Of a DNA stretch of 64,000 nucleotides, positions 29,653-39,874 are shown piece by piece. The first letter of the stretch is position 1, and each line of letters starts with the position of its first letter. A program made the translations under genes and the position numbers. The notes beneath the pieces were generated by a model. That model saw nothing but the letters and a program-made list of their open reading frames with translations, did no database searches and had not been told where the DNA came from. The stretch comes from an uncultured Verrucomicrobiae bacterium. GTDB taxonomy: Bacteria > Verrucomicrobiota > Verrucomicrobiia > Chthoniobacterales > JAATET01. The stretch is from NCBI GenBank assembly GCA_963719495.1, contig CAVRCI010000010.1:1-64000 (forward strand). The letters are read 5' to 3'.

Positions 29653-31271
29653 GCCGCCACGATCCCCAGTTCCGCCAACTTGCGATTCTGCATTTTGACC
29701 CCGTCCACCTTCGCGATCATGAGATAATCGACCTCCAGCTCCAGCAGCCCATCCACGCTGTGCATGTCCACCGCCAGGATGCTCGACGGCACCCCGAACG
29801 ACTTCGCCCGGTAGGCGAACAACTCGTTGCTATCCTCGATCTGTAGCGCCGACACCAGCAGCTTCGCGTCGTGCAACCCGGCCTCCTCCAGCACCGACAG
29901 ATACTCCGCGTTCCCCAACAAAATATCGCAGGAAAGCCCCGCCAACTTCCGCGGATCCGTGTCGATCGCCAACACCGCCTCCCCCCGCCGGTGCAGATCC
30001 TCCGCGATCCGCCGCCCCAGCGTGTTCATCCCGATTACCAGCACGTGACCCCTCCGCGTCACCGTCAGCCCAGCCGTATCCTCGACCTCCATTCCCCCAA
30101 ACGGTCGCAAAACGAACCCCGCCACCACCCGGTCGAACTGGATCGCAAACGAAGACATCGAGATCGTGATCAACCCGACCAACCCCACCAGCGCCACCGT
30201 CCCGGCGTCCACCAACCCAGCCTGAAAAGCCAGCGCTAGAAACAAAAACGAAAATTCCGAGATCTGCGACAGCGCGATCCCCGACAGCACCGCCGTCCGC
30301 CGCTGGAACCGCAGCACCCGCACCACCCCCGCCACCAGCAATGGCTTCACCAGCAAAACGAAAGCGCTCAAAGCCAATGCCACCGGCCACTGCGACAGAG
30401 CGTCCCCGAGATCCATCCCGACCCCCAGCGTCACGAAAAAGATCGCGATGAAAAAATTCATCAACGGATGCACCCGCCGGTGCAAATCCCGGTTGTAGGG
30501 CAACTGCGCCAGACTGATCCCCGCCAGGAACGCCCCCACCTCGTGCGACAGATGGAAAACGTGCGCCAGACTCACCAGCAGAAAGCACCAAGCCAGACTC
30601 CAAATGAACAGCACCTGCGGCGACCGCGAAGCACTCGCAAAAAGCGGCGGCAGCAACCACCGCGCCGCCACGACGACCACCACCAACATCAGCGCCATCC
30701 CTCCAAACGCCACCCCCAGACCCGCCGCAATGTGACTCAACTCGAAGTCCCCACCACCCCCCAGACCCGCCAACAAAGTCAGCAGAATGATCACGAACAA
30801 ATCCTGAACCAGCAGCACCCCCACCGCGATCCGGCCATGAAACGAATCCGATTCCTTCTTCTCGTCCAGCAGCTTGATCACCACCACCGTGCTGCTCAGC
30901 GTCAGCGCCACCCCCAAAAAAGCCGCCTCCAACGCCGCAAACCCCAACAAAGTCGCGACCCCAAAACCCGAGCCAAAGGTCAGCACCACCTGACCCACCC
31001 CCGCCAGCACCCCCACCTTCCCCAGCACGCGGATCTTCTCCACGTTCATCTCCAGCCCGACCAGGAAGAGCATCAGCGCAATCCCCACCGACGACACCGT
31101 CGCCAGCGAATCCGAACTCCCCACCAACCCCGTCGCCGGCCCCACCACCAACCCGGCGATCAGATACATCACAATCGTCGGAATCCGAAACCGACCCCCG
31201 ACGAAAGTGAACAAAAACGCCGCGACCACGATCGTCGCCAACGCCTTTAAAAAGTCACTCCCGATTTCCAT
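29649..31271 (-). CDS. CPA2 cation:proton antiporter with TrkA_N domain
   Basis: LFLVGLE, SSTVVVIK, LLVQD, QISEFS. Confidence 0.92.
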   Translation of the reverse strand: MEIGSDFLKALATIVVAAFLFTFVGGRFRIPTIVMYLIAGLVVGPATGLVGSSDSLATVSSVGIALMLFLVGLEMNVEKIRVLGKVGVLAGVGQVVLTFGSGFGVATLLGFAALEAAFLGVALTLSSTVVVIKLLDEKKESDSFHGRIAVGVLLVQDLFVIILLTLLAGLGGGGDFELSHIAAGLGVAFGGMALMLVVVVVAARWLLPPLFASASRSPQVLFIWSLAWCFLLVSLAHVFHLSHEVGAFLAGISLAQLPYNRDLHRRVHPLMNFFIAIFFVTLGVGMDLGDALSQWPVALALSAFVLLVKPLLVAGVVRVLRFQRRTAVLSGIALSQISEFSFLFLALAFQAGLVDAGTVALVGLVGLITISMSSFAIQFDRVVAGFVLRPFGGMEVEDTAGLTVTRRGHVLVIGMNTLGRRIAEDLHRRGEAVLAIDTDPRKLAGLSCDILLGNAEYLSVLEEAGLHDAKLLVSALQIEDSNELFAYRAKSFGVPSSILAVDMHSVDGLLELEVDYLMIAKVDGVKMQNRKLAELGIVAA

Positions 31272-31365
31272 CGCCCCACCCAACCAAAAATCCCGCCCCC
31301 CGACCCGTGGAATCGGCTTCCAGCCGATCACCAACCCAAAAATCGGCTGAAAGCCGGTTCATTTT

Positions 31366-31818
31366 TTACCCCCGCACCAACCGCCGAACCTCCCAATCCT
31401 CCCCCCGCTCGACCACACCCAAATCCCGAAAATCCTCCTCGAAAAGCGGCAAAAACGTATCCCCCACCACCTCACGCAAAACCAGCGTAAGAAGCACCTC
31501 GTCGCACCGCGGCAGCAAAGCCCGGTAGATCTCCGCCCCCCCGATCACAAAGACCTCCCGCCGATCCCCCGGCTCCACCACCTCATCCGGCGACCGCACC
31601 ACCCGCACCCCCTCGGCCCCATCCCAGGACCGCGAAATCACCACATTCTCCCGCCCCGGCAAGGGCCGCCCGATCGACTCGAACGTCTTCCGCCCCATCA
31701 CCACCACGTGCCCCAAAGTCGTCCGCTTGAAGTAAGCCAACTCCCCCTTCAGCCGCCAAGGCAACCCCCCATTCACCCCGATCACCCGATTGAGAGCCAT
31801 CGCCACAATCGCAATCAT
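31366..31818 (-). CDS. folA: Dihydrofolate reductase
   Basis: NRVIG..GGLPW, MGRKTFESIGRPLPGR, IGGAEIY. Confidence 0.96.
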   Translation of the reverse strand: MIAIVAMALNRVIGVNGGLPWRLKGELAYFKRTTLGHVVVMGRKTFESIGRPLPGRENVVISRSWDGAEGVRVVRSPDEVVEPGDRREVFVIGGAEIYRALLPRCDEVLLTLVLREVVGDTFLPLFEEDFRDLGVVERGEDWEVRRLVRG

Positions 31819-31861
31819 CGCATCCCCCCAATAACCAACACCCAATAGCCAACCACCACCC

Positions 31862-32656
31862 TCACACCGAAATCTCCGCCCGAATCGCCGGCCAGGGGTC
31901 ATACCCAATCAACTCGAAATCCCCGAAATCGAACTCCCGAATCCCCCGCCGATCCGGGTTGAGCCGCATCGTCGGGAGTTCCCGGCACTCCCGGGAAAGC
32001 TGCTCCCGCGCCTGATCCAGATGATTCAGATAAAGGTGCAAATCCCCGAAGGTGTGGACGAATTCCCCCGCCTGCAGCCCGCAAACCTGCGCCACCATCA
32101 ACGTCAGCAGCGCATACGAAGCGATGTTGAAAGGCACTCCGAGGAAAAGATCCGCGCTCCGCTGATACAGCTGACAACTCAACTCCCCGTCCGCCACGTA
32201 GAACTGAAACATCGCGTGACACGGAGCCAGCGCCATCCGGTCCAGCTCCCCCGGATTCCAAGCCGACACCACCAAACGCCGCGAATCCGGATCCGTCTTG
32301 ATCCGCTCGATCACCTCGTCGATCTGATTGATCGCCCGTCCCTCCGGAGTCCGCCAATCGCACCACTGCGCCCCGTAGATCCGGCCCAGATCCCCCGAAT
32401 CATCCGCCCACTCGTCCCAGATCGTCACCCGATTCTCGTTCAGCCAAGCCACGTTTGTCTCCCCCCGCAAAAACCAGAGCAATTCGTAAATAATCGACCG
32501 CAAATGACACTTCTTCGTCGTCACCAGCGGAAACGATTCCCGCAGATCGAACCGCGCCTGCGCCCCGAAGACTGACAACGTCCCGGTCCCCGTCCGGTCC
32601 CGTTTCTCGCGCCCCTCCTCCAGAACGAGCCGCAACAACCGATGATACTCCTTCAT
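31862..32656 (-). CDS. thyA: Thymidylate synthase
   Basis: [28 protein letters not shown]. Confidence 0.98.
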   Translation of the reverse strand: MKEYHRLLRLVLEEGREKRDRTGTGTLSVFGAQARFDLRESFPLVTTKKCHLRSIIYELLWFLRGETNVAWLNENRVTIWDEWADDSGDLGRIYGAQWCDWRTPEGRAINQIDEVIERIKTDPDSRRLVVSAWNPGELDRMALAPCHAMFQFYVADGELSCQLYQRSADLFLGVPFNIASYALLTLMVAQVCGLQAGEFVHTFGDLHLYLNHLDQAREQLSRECRELPTMRLNPDRRGIREFDFGDFELIGYDPWPAIRAEISV

Positions 32657-32696
32657 TGCAACGCGGAAGCTAGCCCGCCCACCATCCCAGAACCAA

Positions 32697-32734
32697 CAAC
32701 AAAACTTCGATGCGGCCGCATCGAAGTTTTGTTG
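32697..32734. repeat. Perfect 38-bp palindrome; degenerate copy at 24772-24803
   Basis: CAACAAAACTTCGATGCGG|CCGCATCGAAGTTTTGTTG. Confidence 0.9.
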
Positions 32735-32809
32735 CTGGTCAAATTCGGGGGATGTTGCGGTTCTGAATTTGCACGGTTCCGGCGGGCGCTCCACTGTGTC
32801 AGTTCGTTC

Positions 32810-33622
32810 ATGCTCGAGATCACCATCCTAGCCAGCGGCAGCGCCGGGAATTCCGCCCTGATCCGCAGCGGCACCACCACGCTCCTCGTCGACGCCGGTC
32901 TGAGCGCCCGGCGGCTCCGCGAGCGCCTCGCCGCGTGCCACGTCACCCCCGAGTCCCTCGACGGCATCGTCCTCACCCACGAGCACGGCGACCACACCGG
33001 CGCCCTCAAGGTCCTCTGCGCCAAAGCCGACATCCCGATCTACGCGAACCGCATGACCGCCACCGCGCTCGGTCACCTCGCGACCCACAAAAATTGGCGC
33101 TTCTTCGCCAACGCTCCGTTCCAGCTCGGCGACGTCACCATCGAGTCCTTCCCCGTCCCCCACGACGCCGTCGAGCCCGTCGGCTTTCTCCTCCATCATT
33201 CCGACGCCAGCTTCGGCCTCGTCACCGACCTCGGCCACGCCACCCCCGCCATCCGCGACCGCCTCCGCTACGTCGACGCCCTCTTCATCGAAACCAACTA
33301 CGACGACGATCTTCTTACCCGCGACGAGCGCCGCCCGTGGTCCATCAAACAACGCATCACCTCCCAGCACGGCCACCTCTCCAACCAAGCCGCCGCCGAC
33401 ATCGTCGCCGAAGTCGTCACCGACCGCCTCAAGCGCATCCTCATCGGCCACCTCAGCCGCGACTGCAACACCCCCGACCTGGCGACGGCAGCCATCGCCG
33501 CGTCTTTGAAGACCAAAGACCGCCCCGACATCACCATCCACTGCAGCGTCCAGGAAACCGTCAGCCCACCGCTAAAAATCGGCACCCCCCGCCCGGAAAT
33601 TCAGGCGACGTTCACGCTCTAG
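32810..33622 (+). CDS. MBL-fold metallo-hydrolase (YycJ/WalJ-like)
   Basis: [28 protein letters not shown]. Confidence 0.92.
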   Translation: MLEITILASGSAGNSALIRSGTTTLLVDAGLSARRLRERLAACHVTPESLDGIVLTHEHGDHTGALKVLCAKADIPIYANRMTATALGHLATHKNWRFFANAPFQLGDVTIESFPVPHDAVEPVGFLLHHSDASFGLVTDLGHATPAIRDRLRYVDALFIETNYDDDLLTRDERRPWSIKQRITSQHGHLSNQAAADIVAEVVTDRLKRILIGHLSRDCNTPDLATAAIAASLKTKDRPDITIHCSVQETVSPPLKIGTPRPEIQATFTL

Positions 33623-33793
33623 CCCCTTCAAGGAGCGGCGATTTGCAATCGCCGAACCAACCCAACCGGCCAAGCCGCCACTTCCCCACCTCGCGGAACG
33701 GCGGGTTGACTCCGTCGCTCTCCGCTTCGCTCCGGTTCCAGCCGCCGCACCACCCCAAACCGGCGAAGCCGGACACTTCCTTCCACCCCCCGG

Positions 33794-34213
33794 TCACCGC
33801 CAAAACCGCCAGATCAAATACCCCCAATTCAACCCCGCCGCCAAAAACACCACCCCCACCATCCCCCGCCGCTCCCCCCGACTCAACCCCCAAACCCGCA
33901 CCCGCCGGAGCCGAAAACCCGCCACCAGCGCCGCGTAAATCACGAAAATTCCCGCGCAGACCACCCCCACCGCCACCAGCGGATTCCAAACCAGCGCCAA
34001 CCCAAAATCCCCGCCCATCAGAGCCCGAACGCACCGCGTCCCGCCACAAGTCAGACACGGAATCCCGGTTAACGTCCGCAGAGTGCAAGCCGGCGTCCCC
34101 AATCCAAGCGCCAACCAAGTCCAACCAGCCACCGCGCCACCGACCAACACGATCAGTGCGAGCAATTCCGGATCCACCCCCGACCGGCGAAGTGGTTGCA
34201 GACCGATCCTCAT
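33794..34213 (-). CDS. DUF2752-like membrane protein
   Basis: C..RTLTGIPCLTCGGTR, WNPL. Confidence 0.8.
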   Translation of the reverse strand: MRIGLQPLRRSGVDPELLALIVLVGGAVAGWTWLALGLGTPACTLRTLTGIPCLTCGGTRCVRALMGGDFGLALVWNPLVAVGVVCAGIFVIYAALVAGFRLRRVRVWGLSRGERRGMVGVVFLAAGLNWGYLIWRFWR

Positions 34214-34232
34214 CCGCGCCCCGTCTCCGCAG

Positions 34233-35150
34233 TCAGGCCGCCGCGGACAAAGTCGAGATCCCGGCGTAGATCCCGCAGCCGATGAGCAGCGTCATCACCA
34301 CCGAGACCGCCGCCTGCCACGTCGGCACCTTGTTCGCCACCGCCAAGCCGATTGACGCGCTCACCGCCAACCAACCGATTTGCACGACGGATCCACAGCA
34401 GGGAATGATCTGAAGTAGGGACGCCGAGCCCAGGGCGTAACAGATAACCGAAAACGAGGTCGTGAACGGCTGCCGCGCCGCCCCGAAACTCATCAAAAAC
34501 GCGTGGCAAAGTCCGGCGAAGAAAAACGGAGCCAATGGCGCACCCAACGCCAAAAACGCCAGTCCGCGCATCGCCGCATCCTCGTTGGTGTAGTTCGCCA
34601 GCAGCTTCGCGATTTCGGGATCTTTGCTGAACTCCTCGCTCGCCCGCAGGTAATCCATCGCCATTCCCATCACCCAGACGCCGATCACCAGGGCGACCAG
34701 ACCGGCTCCCAGCGCCAAAATCAGGTAATACGAAAACGGCCGCATCAGCGTGCGCGAGAGCGTGGCGCCCGCGAGAGTCTGGCCCGGCGTGAAAAGCGTC
34801 CCCTTCAAAGTCTGCGTGAACGCGGGCATCCAGCCCAAGGCGTCCGCCCGCTCCCACGGGACTTCCTCACTGGGAGCCGCGCCGTCGACGGTGTCCGAAA
34901 TCCCCTCGCCGTCCTGCCCATACCCCTCGGCCGCCAATTCCATCGGCTCCCCCGGCGCTGGCGGCACGGTGATGGGTTCCGTCGCCTCAGGCAGATCGGT
35001 GAATTCGCTCAGCGGCTGCCACGTCTCCATCCCCTCGCGCCAAGCCAAATCCGTCGGCTTGAATTCGCCCGATTTCAGACCCCCACTCACCTCCTCCGGC
35101 GTAAATTTTCCCAGGGACACGCGGTCGCGGTTGACGTGAATCTTCTCCAT
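34233..35150 (-). CDS. GYF_2/DUF4339 domain plus Yip1-like membrane protein
   Basis: DLAWREGMETWQPL, VPWE, IPCCG and C-terminal TMs. Confidence 0.8.
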   Translation of the reverse strand: MEKIHVNRDRVSLGKFTPEEVSGGLKSGEFKPTDLAWREGMETWQPLSEFTDLPEATEPITVPPAPGEPMELAAEGYGQDGEGISDTVDGAAPSEEVPWERADALGWMPAFTQTLKGTLFTPGQTLAGATLSRTLMRPFSYYLILALGAGLVALVIGVWVMGMAMDYLRASEEFSKDPEIAKLLANYTNEDAAMRGLAFLALGAPLAPFFFAGLCHAFLMSFGAARQPFTTSFSVICYALGSASLLQIIPCCGSVVQIGWLAVSASIGLAVANKVPTWQAAVSVVMTLLIGCGIYAGISTLSAAA

Positions 35151-35269
35151 GCTCGCGCGTAAATAACGTTCCACTCAAAGTAGCGCAAGCATCCTGCTTG
35201 CACGCCCCACGCCAGCGGTAAGCCTCACCCGGGATTGCCTCCCGCCCGCCCATGGGCAACATTGACCCC

Positions 35270-35824
35270 ATGGCCACCACCGCACCCGACTCCATGTCCC
35301 TCGGCACACCCGCCCCCGACTTCGCCCTACCCGACGTCGTCAGCGGCAACACCGTTTCGCTCGCCGATTTCGCCGACGACGACGCCGTCCTCGTCATGTT
35401 CATCTGCGCCCATTGCCCCTACGTCGTGCACGTCCGCGAGGAGCTCGTCCGCCTCGCCGACGACTACCAACCGCGCAAGGTCGGCTTCATCGCCATCTCG
35501 TCCAACGACGCCGTCAAATACCCCGACGACTCCCCGGAATTTCTCCGCCGCATGGCCGTCGACCACGGCTTTCCATTTCCGATGCTCCACGACGAGACTC
35601 AGGAAGTCGCGAAAGCCTACACCGCCGCCTGCACCCCGGATTTTTTCCTCTTCGACGGCGACCAAAAGCTGGCCTACCGCGGTCGCCTCGACGGCAGCAC
35701 CCCCGGAAACAATCAGCCCGTCGCCGGCTCCGACCTCCGCGCAGCCCTCGACGCCGTCCTGAAAGACGAGGCCGTGCCCCAGCCCCACCAGCCAAGCTTG
35801 GGCTGCTCCATCAAGTGGAAATAA
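35270..35824 (+). CDS. Thioredoxin-like (AhpC/TSA) family protein
   Basis: APDFALPD, CAHCPYV, ACTPDFF, GCSIKWK. Confidence 0.92.
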   Translation: MATTAPDSMSLGTPAPDFALPDVVSGNTVSLADFADDDAVLVMFICAHCPYVVHVREELVRLADDYQPRKVGFIAISSNDAVKYPDDSPEFLRRMAVDHGFPFPMLHDETQEVAKAYTAACTPDFFLFDGDQKLAYRGRLDGSTPGNNQPVAGSDLRAALDAVLKDEAVPQPHQPSLGCSIKWK

Positions 35825-35827
35825 CGC

Positions 35828-36766
35828 CTACCTCGCCGTCAGCAGCCCGCCGCCCGAATTCGCAAACCCCCACGCGATCATCCGCTCCGCATCGTCGAAG
35901 ATGTAGGACGTTTTGCTCCCCAGTTGCACGAGGATGAGACTCCGCCCGCCCACCGACGCGCTCGTGACGAGCGTCCGTCCCGCCGCGACCGTGTAGCCCG
36001 TTTTCATCCCGTTGAACATCGGTGACCGCGCCAGCAATTTGTTCGTAGCCTCCAGCCGCTTCGTCCGCCCGTCCTGATACCGGAAGGTGTATCCCTGCAG
36101 CCGCATCATCGCCCGGAGATCCGAATTTCGATAAGCCGCGAAGGCGATCCGCGACATGTCCCGCGCCGTCGAATACTGCGCCGCCGGCAGCCCGTTCGGA
36201 TTGACGAAATAGCTCGAGTTCGCCCCCAGCGACCGGGCCTTCTCGTTCATCGCCCGCGCGAACGCGGGAATGCTACCCGAATGATCCCGAGCCAGGGCCA
36301 AGGCGACATCGTTGCAGCTCTTGACCAGCAAAGTCGTCAGCAGACTCCGCCGGGTGTAGGTATCGCCGGCCTTGAGATACAGCTTCGTCGGCTCGGCCAG
36401 CGTGTCGGCGTATTGCACCGTCAGCGTCCCGTCCAGACTCCGACCCTCAGCCACGATCAAGCCCGTGAGGAGCTTCTGCGTGCTCGCCACCTGCCGCCGC
36501 GTGTCCGCGTTTTTTTCCCACAACGTCCGCCCGGTTCCCGCGTCGATCAGAATCGCCGACTCCGCGTAAATGCTCGGCGCGCCGACCGGCGCCCGCACCT
36601 CGTTCGCGACCCCGACCACCGATGGGGCCGCCGCCGGCACCGGCCGAAACGGTGCTTCGCCGATGTAGCGCGTATCCGCTGGCCGCCGCTCCTTCTCGAT
36701 CGCCCCGCAGCCCGCTAGCGCCAGCACCAACCCGACCAAACTCCACCCCGTCACCGCCCTGCGCAT
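35828..36766 (-). CDS. D-alanyl-D-alanine carboxypeptidase (peptidase S11), lipoprotein
   Basis: STQK, SCN and KTG motifs; LAGC lipobox. Confidence 0.9.
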   Translation of the reverse strand: MRRAVTGWSLVGLVLALAGCGAIEKERRPADTRYIGEAPFRPVPAAAPSVVGVANEVRAPVGAPSIYAESAILIDAGTGRTLWEKNADTRRQVASTQKLLTGLIVAEGRSLDGTLTVQYADTLAEPTKLYLKAGDTYTRRSLLTTLLVKSCNDVALALARDHSGSIPAFARAMNEKARSLGANSSYFVNPNGLPAAQYSTARDMSRIAFAAYRNSDLRAMMRLQGYTFRYQDGRTKRLEATNKLLARSPMFNGMKTGYTVAAGRTLVTSASVGGRSLILVQLGSKTSYIFDDAERMIAWGFANSGGGLLTAR

Positions 36767-36884
36767 CGTTACCTTGAACACGCCGCGACTCATCGGCGAA
36801 TCCCCCCACCCCGCCAAGCTAAAAAACGGGACTCGCGCCGTCCCACCATTTTCGATTGCCTCGCCCTGCCTCCCATCGGCCCGC

Positions 36885-37562
36885 ATGAAGTCACCCCGCA
36901 CCCTCGTCATCCTCCTCCTCGTCGCCCTCTCCGCCGGGCTCACCATTTTTGCGTTCCAGAACGACACCCGCGTCCGCGACGCCATCGTCGAAGCCCAGGG
37001 CAAGGGTTGGAAAAAGACCCCAGAAGCCGCGACCATCGGAGCCATCAGCAAATACGGCGACTGGCCCCAGCTCATGGCGGTCGCCCTCGTCGGCATCCTC
37101 CTCGCGTGGCGCTTCCGCCGCCCCGAATGGACCCGCATCCTCGTCGCCTGCATGGTCGCCTCCACCCTCGCCGGCCTGCTCGCCAACACCTCCCGCCTCA
37201 CCACGGGCCGCACCCGCCCCCGAGACGAACAAAAGGTCGGCGTCGGCTTCCACGGCCCGGTCCACGAAGGCAAACTCACCATCGGAAATTCCAAAATGAA
37301 CGCCTTTCCCTCCGGCCACACCGCGACGGCCGTAGGGTTCGCCGGCGTCCTCCTCTTCGCCCGCCCATTGCTTGGAATCGTCGCCCTCGCGCTCGCCCTC
37401 CTCATCGCCTGGTCGAGAATGGCCCTCGGAGCCCACCACCTCTCCGACGTCACCGTCTCCACCATCCTGGCCCTCACGGTAGCCTGGTTCACCTGGCGCT
37501 ACGCGAAAACCCACGGCGACGCCGTCGCGGGATGGCTCCGGAAAAAGATCAAGCGCTCGTGA
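36885..37562 (+). CDS. PAP2 family phosphatase
   Basis: GRTRP, FPSGH, SRMALGAHHLSDV. Confidence 0.92.
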   Translation: MKSPRTLVILLLVALSAGLTIFAFQNDTRVRDAIVEAQGKGWKKTPEAATIGAISKYGDWPQLMAVALVGILLAWRFRRPEWTRILVACMVASTLAGLLANTSRLTTGRTRPRDEQKVGVGFHGPVHEGKLTIGNSKMNAFPSGHTATAVGFAGVLLFARPLLGIVALALALLIAWSRMALGAHHLSDVTVSTILALTVAWFTWRYAKTHGDAVAGWLRKKIKRS

Positions 37563-39112
37563 ACGAAGACGACCCTCAAGGAGCGGCGATTTGCAATCGC
37601 CGACCCAACCCATCCGAGCGAAGCGAGGCACTCTTCACCCTCCTCGAGCGGCTCCCCTCCCACCGCCCCACCTACCTCGCTCTCCTCGCGTTCCTCGGCC
37701 TCATCTTCGCCCTCGGCAACTTCCCGTGGCACCTCGACAACTACGACCAAGCCAAGCAAGCCTACGTCGCCTACGAGATCGACCGCACCGGCGAATTCTT
37801 CTTCCAGACCACACCCCAGGGCCGCTCCGCCTCCAAGCCCCCGCTCTACGGGTGGTGCTCCGCCGCCCTGCACGGCGCCGGCGTCCCGTGGGACCTCGCC
37901 CACCGCCTCCCGTCGCTCGCCTGCGCTGTCGCCATGCTCGCAATCCTCGTCTCCACTGGCCGCGCCCTCTTCGGCCAATCCGGAGCCTTCCTCGCCGCCG
38001 CCGCGTTCGGTCTCAACCTCCTCACCCCCCGCCTGGCGACCCTCGTCCGCACGGACATGATGCTCGCGTTCTTCATCTTCCTGATCGGCTGGATGATTTA
38101 CCGAAAAGTCACCGATGGCACCCCGTGGACCACCCGCGAACGGTGGATCGTCTTCGCCGCCATGCTCGCCGCGCTCTTCACCAAGGGCCCCGTCCTCTAC
38201 GTCTTCCTCCTCCCGGGCATGATCGCCTTCGCGTTCCTCGCCCAACCCCGCGACCGCCGACACCTCGTCTGGAGCGGCTGGTGGACTTGGGCCATCCCGC
38301 TCGCGTTCTTCCTCGCGTGGGGTGTCACCGGCCTCTTCACCAACGAGGCGTTCTACGAAGACGTCGTCGTCCGCGAACTCTTCTCCCGCTTCGAGGAAGG
38401 CGCCCGCGACGACGAACGCCCGCAGCCCCTCTGGTTCTACCTCCCCCACGTCCTCCACAAATTCGCCCCGTGGAGCGTCGTTCTCCTCGCCGCCCCCTTC
38501 CTCGTCCCCGCCGTCCGCCGCCGCGTCCGCGAGAATCCCGGCACCCTGTGGCTAACCCTCTGGGCCGTCGGCGGCCTGATCGTCATGACGATCATCCCCG
38601 CCAAACGCGTCGACCGCATCTACCCGATCATCCCCCCGCTCGCCCTCCTCGTCGTCGACTTCGCGGCCGCCACCTGGCACGACCGCCGCGCCCGTGTCGC
38701 CGCCGGAGCTCTCAGCGTCGCCGCGTTCCTCTTCAGCGGCGGCTACTTCCTCGGCCTCATCCCGTGGGGCTACGCCAACGACACCCCCGGCCTCGTCGAG
38801 TTTGCCGAAAACGCCCGCCGCACCGCCGCCGACCGGGGCATCGACGACATCACCATCCTCCGAGCCCGCGACGAAAGCCTCCTCCTCTACCTCGACACCC
38901 TCCGCTTCACCGAAAAAGGCGCCGCCTTCGACCAGTGGCGCACCGGCAACCCCACCGCCCTCCTCATGTCCGACCGAACCTACCGCAACAACTTCGTCCC
39001 CGAATTTGGACCCCTGACCCCAACCCTAGACTCCGGCGCACTCTTCCGCAAAAACGAGCGTCGCTACTACCTATTCATTCGTCCGCAGATTAAACAGAAG
39101 GACGCAGATTGA
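37559..39112 (+). CDS. ArnT-like (PMT/GT83) membrane glycosyltransferase
   Basis: KPPLYGW, RLPS, RTDM, TKGP, many TMs; GTGA overlap with the PAP2 gene. Confidence 0.85.
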   Translation: MNEDDPQGAAICNRRPNPSERSEALFTLLERLPSHRPTYLALLAFLGLIFALGNFPWHLDNYDQAKQAYVAYEIDRTGEFFFQTTPQGRSASKPPLYGWCSAALHGAGVPWDLAHRLPSLACAVAMLAILVSTGRALFGQSGAFLAAAAFGLNLLTPRLATLVRTDMMLAFFIFLIGWMIYRKVTDGTPWTTRERWIVFAAMLAALFTKGPVLYVFLLPGMIAFAFLAQPRDRRHLVWSGWWTWAIPLAFFLAWGVTGLFTNEAFYEDVVVRELFSRFEEGARDDERPQPLWFYLPHVLHKFAPWSVVLLAAPFLVPAVRRRVRENPGTLWLTLWAVGGLIVMTIIPAKRVDRIYPIIPPLALLVVDFAAATWHDRRARVAAGALSVAAFLFSGGYFLGLIPWGYANDTPGLVEFAENARRTAADRGIDDITILRARDESLLLYLDTLRFTEKGAAFDQWRTGNPTALLMSDRTYRNNFVPEFGPLTPTLDSGALFRKNERRYYLFIRPQIKQKDAD

Positions 39113-39165
39113 ATGCATTTCCATTCATGAATAAAAATCTGTGTCCCTCTGTTTAATCTGCGGAC
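39081..39165. repeat. 30-bp inverted repeat (28/30) with 25-nt spacer
   Basis: gtccgcagattaaacagaaggacgcagatt / aatctgtgtccctctgtttaatctgcggac. Confidence 0.88.
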
Positions 39166-39854
39166 AAAACCTCATCCGCGATTGTCTCAACGGCCGCCCG
39201 CCGATCCGTGGCCGCAACGATGGGCCGGCCGATCACCAGCCAGTCCGCCCCCGCCCGCACCGCGTCGCCCGGTGTCATCACCCTCTTCTGATCTCCGAGG
39301 CCCGCGCCCGCTGGTCGCACCCCCGGGGTGACCGTTTTCAGCCGATCCCCGAACTCCGCCCGAATCCCCCCCAGTTCCAGCGGACTGCACACGATCCCGC
39401 GAATCCCATTCTCCAGACCCATTGCCGCCAGTCGCGGCACCAAGTCCGCCGGGTCGTGCGGCGTCCCGACCGCCTCCAACGTCGCCCGTGAGCTGCTCGT
39501 CAGCACCGTCACTCCGAGCAGCAGCATCGCGTCCCCCGCCGCCTCGACCGCCCGCGCCACCATCTCCGGCCCGCCCGACAGGTGGATCGTCAGCATGTCG
39601 ACTCCCAGATCCCGCGCCGACGCCACGCCCGAGGCCACCGTGTTCGGGATGTCGTGAAATTTGAGATCCAGAAACACCCGGAAACCGCGCTCCCGAGCCG
39701 CCGCCACGATCCCCGGTCCCTCCCGCGTGAAGAGCTGCATCCCGACCTTCACCCACACCGCCGCTCCCGCGAGGTCATCCATCACCCGCCCCGCCTCGGC
39801 GGCGTCGGGCACGTCGAGCGCCACGATGATTTTTGCTTTAGCGGACTCGGTCAT
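39153..39854 (-). CDS. pyrF: Orotidine-5'-phosphate decarboxylase
   Basis: VALD, FLDLKFHDIPNTV, TPGVR, VIGRPI. Confidence 0.97.
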   Translation of the reverse strand: MTESAKAKIIVALDVPDAAEAGRVMDDLAGAAVWVKVGMQLFTREGPGIVAAARERGFRVFLDLKFHDIPNTVASGVASARDLGVDMLTIHLSGGPEMVARAVEAAGDAMLLLGVTVLTSSSRATLEAVGTPHDPADLVPRLAAMGLENGIRGIVCSPLELGGIRAEFGDRLKTVTPGVRPAGAGLGDQKRVMTPGDAVRAGADWLVIGRPIVAATDRRAAVETIADEVLSAD

Positions 39855-39874
39855 GGGCTGAAGATGCGCGCTCG

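Noticed and set aside
36767..37492. N-terminal extension of the DD-carboxypeptidase ORF
   Set aside because: Antisense to the PAP2 gene; the lipoprotein signal begins at 36766.
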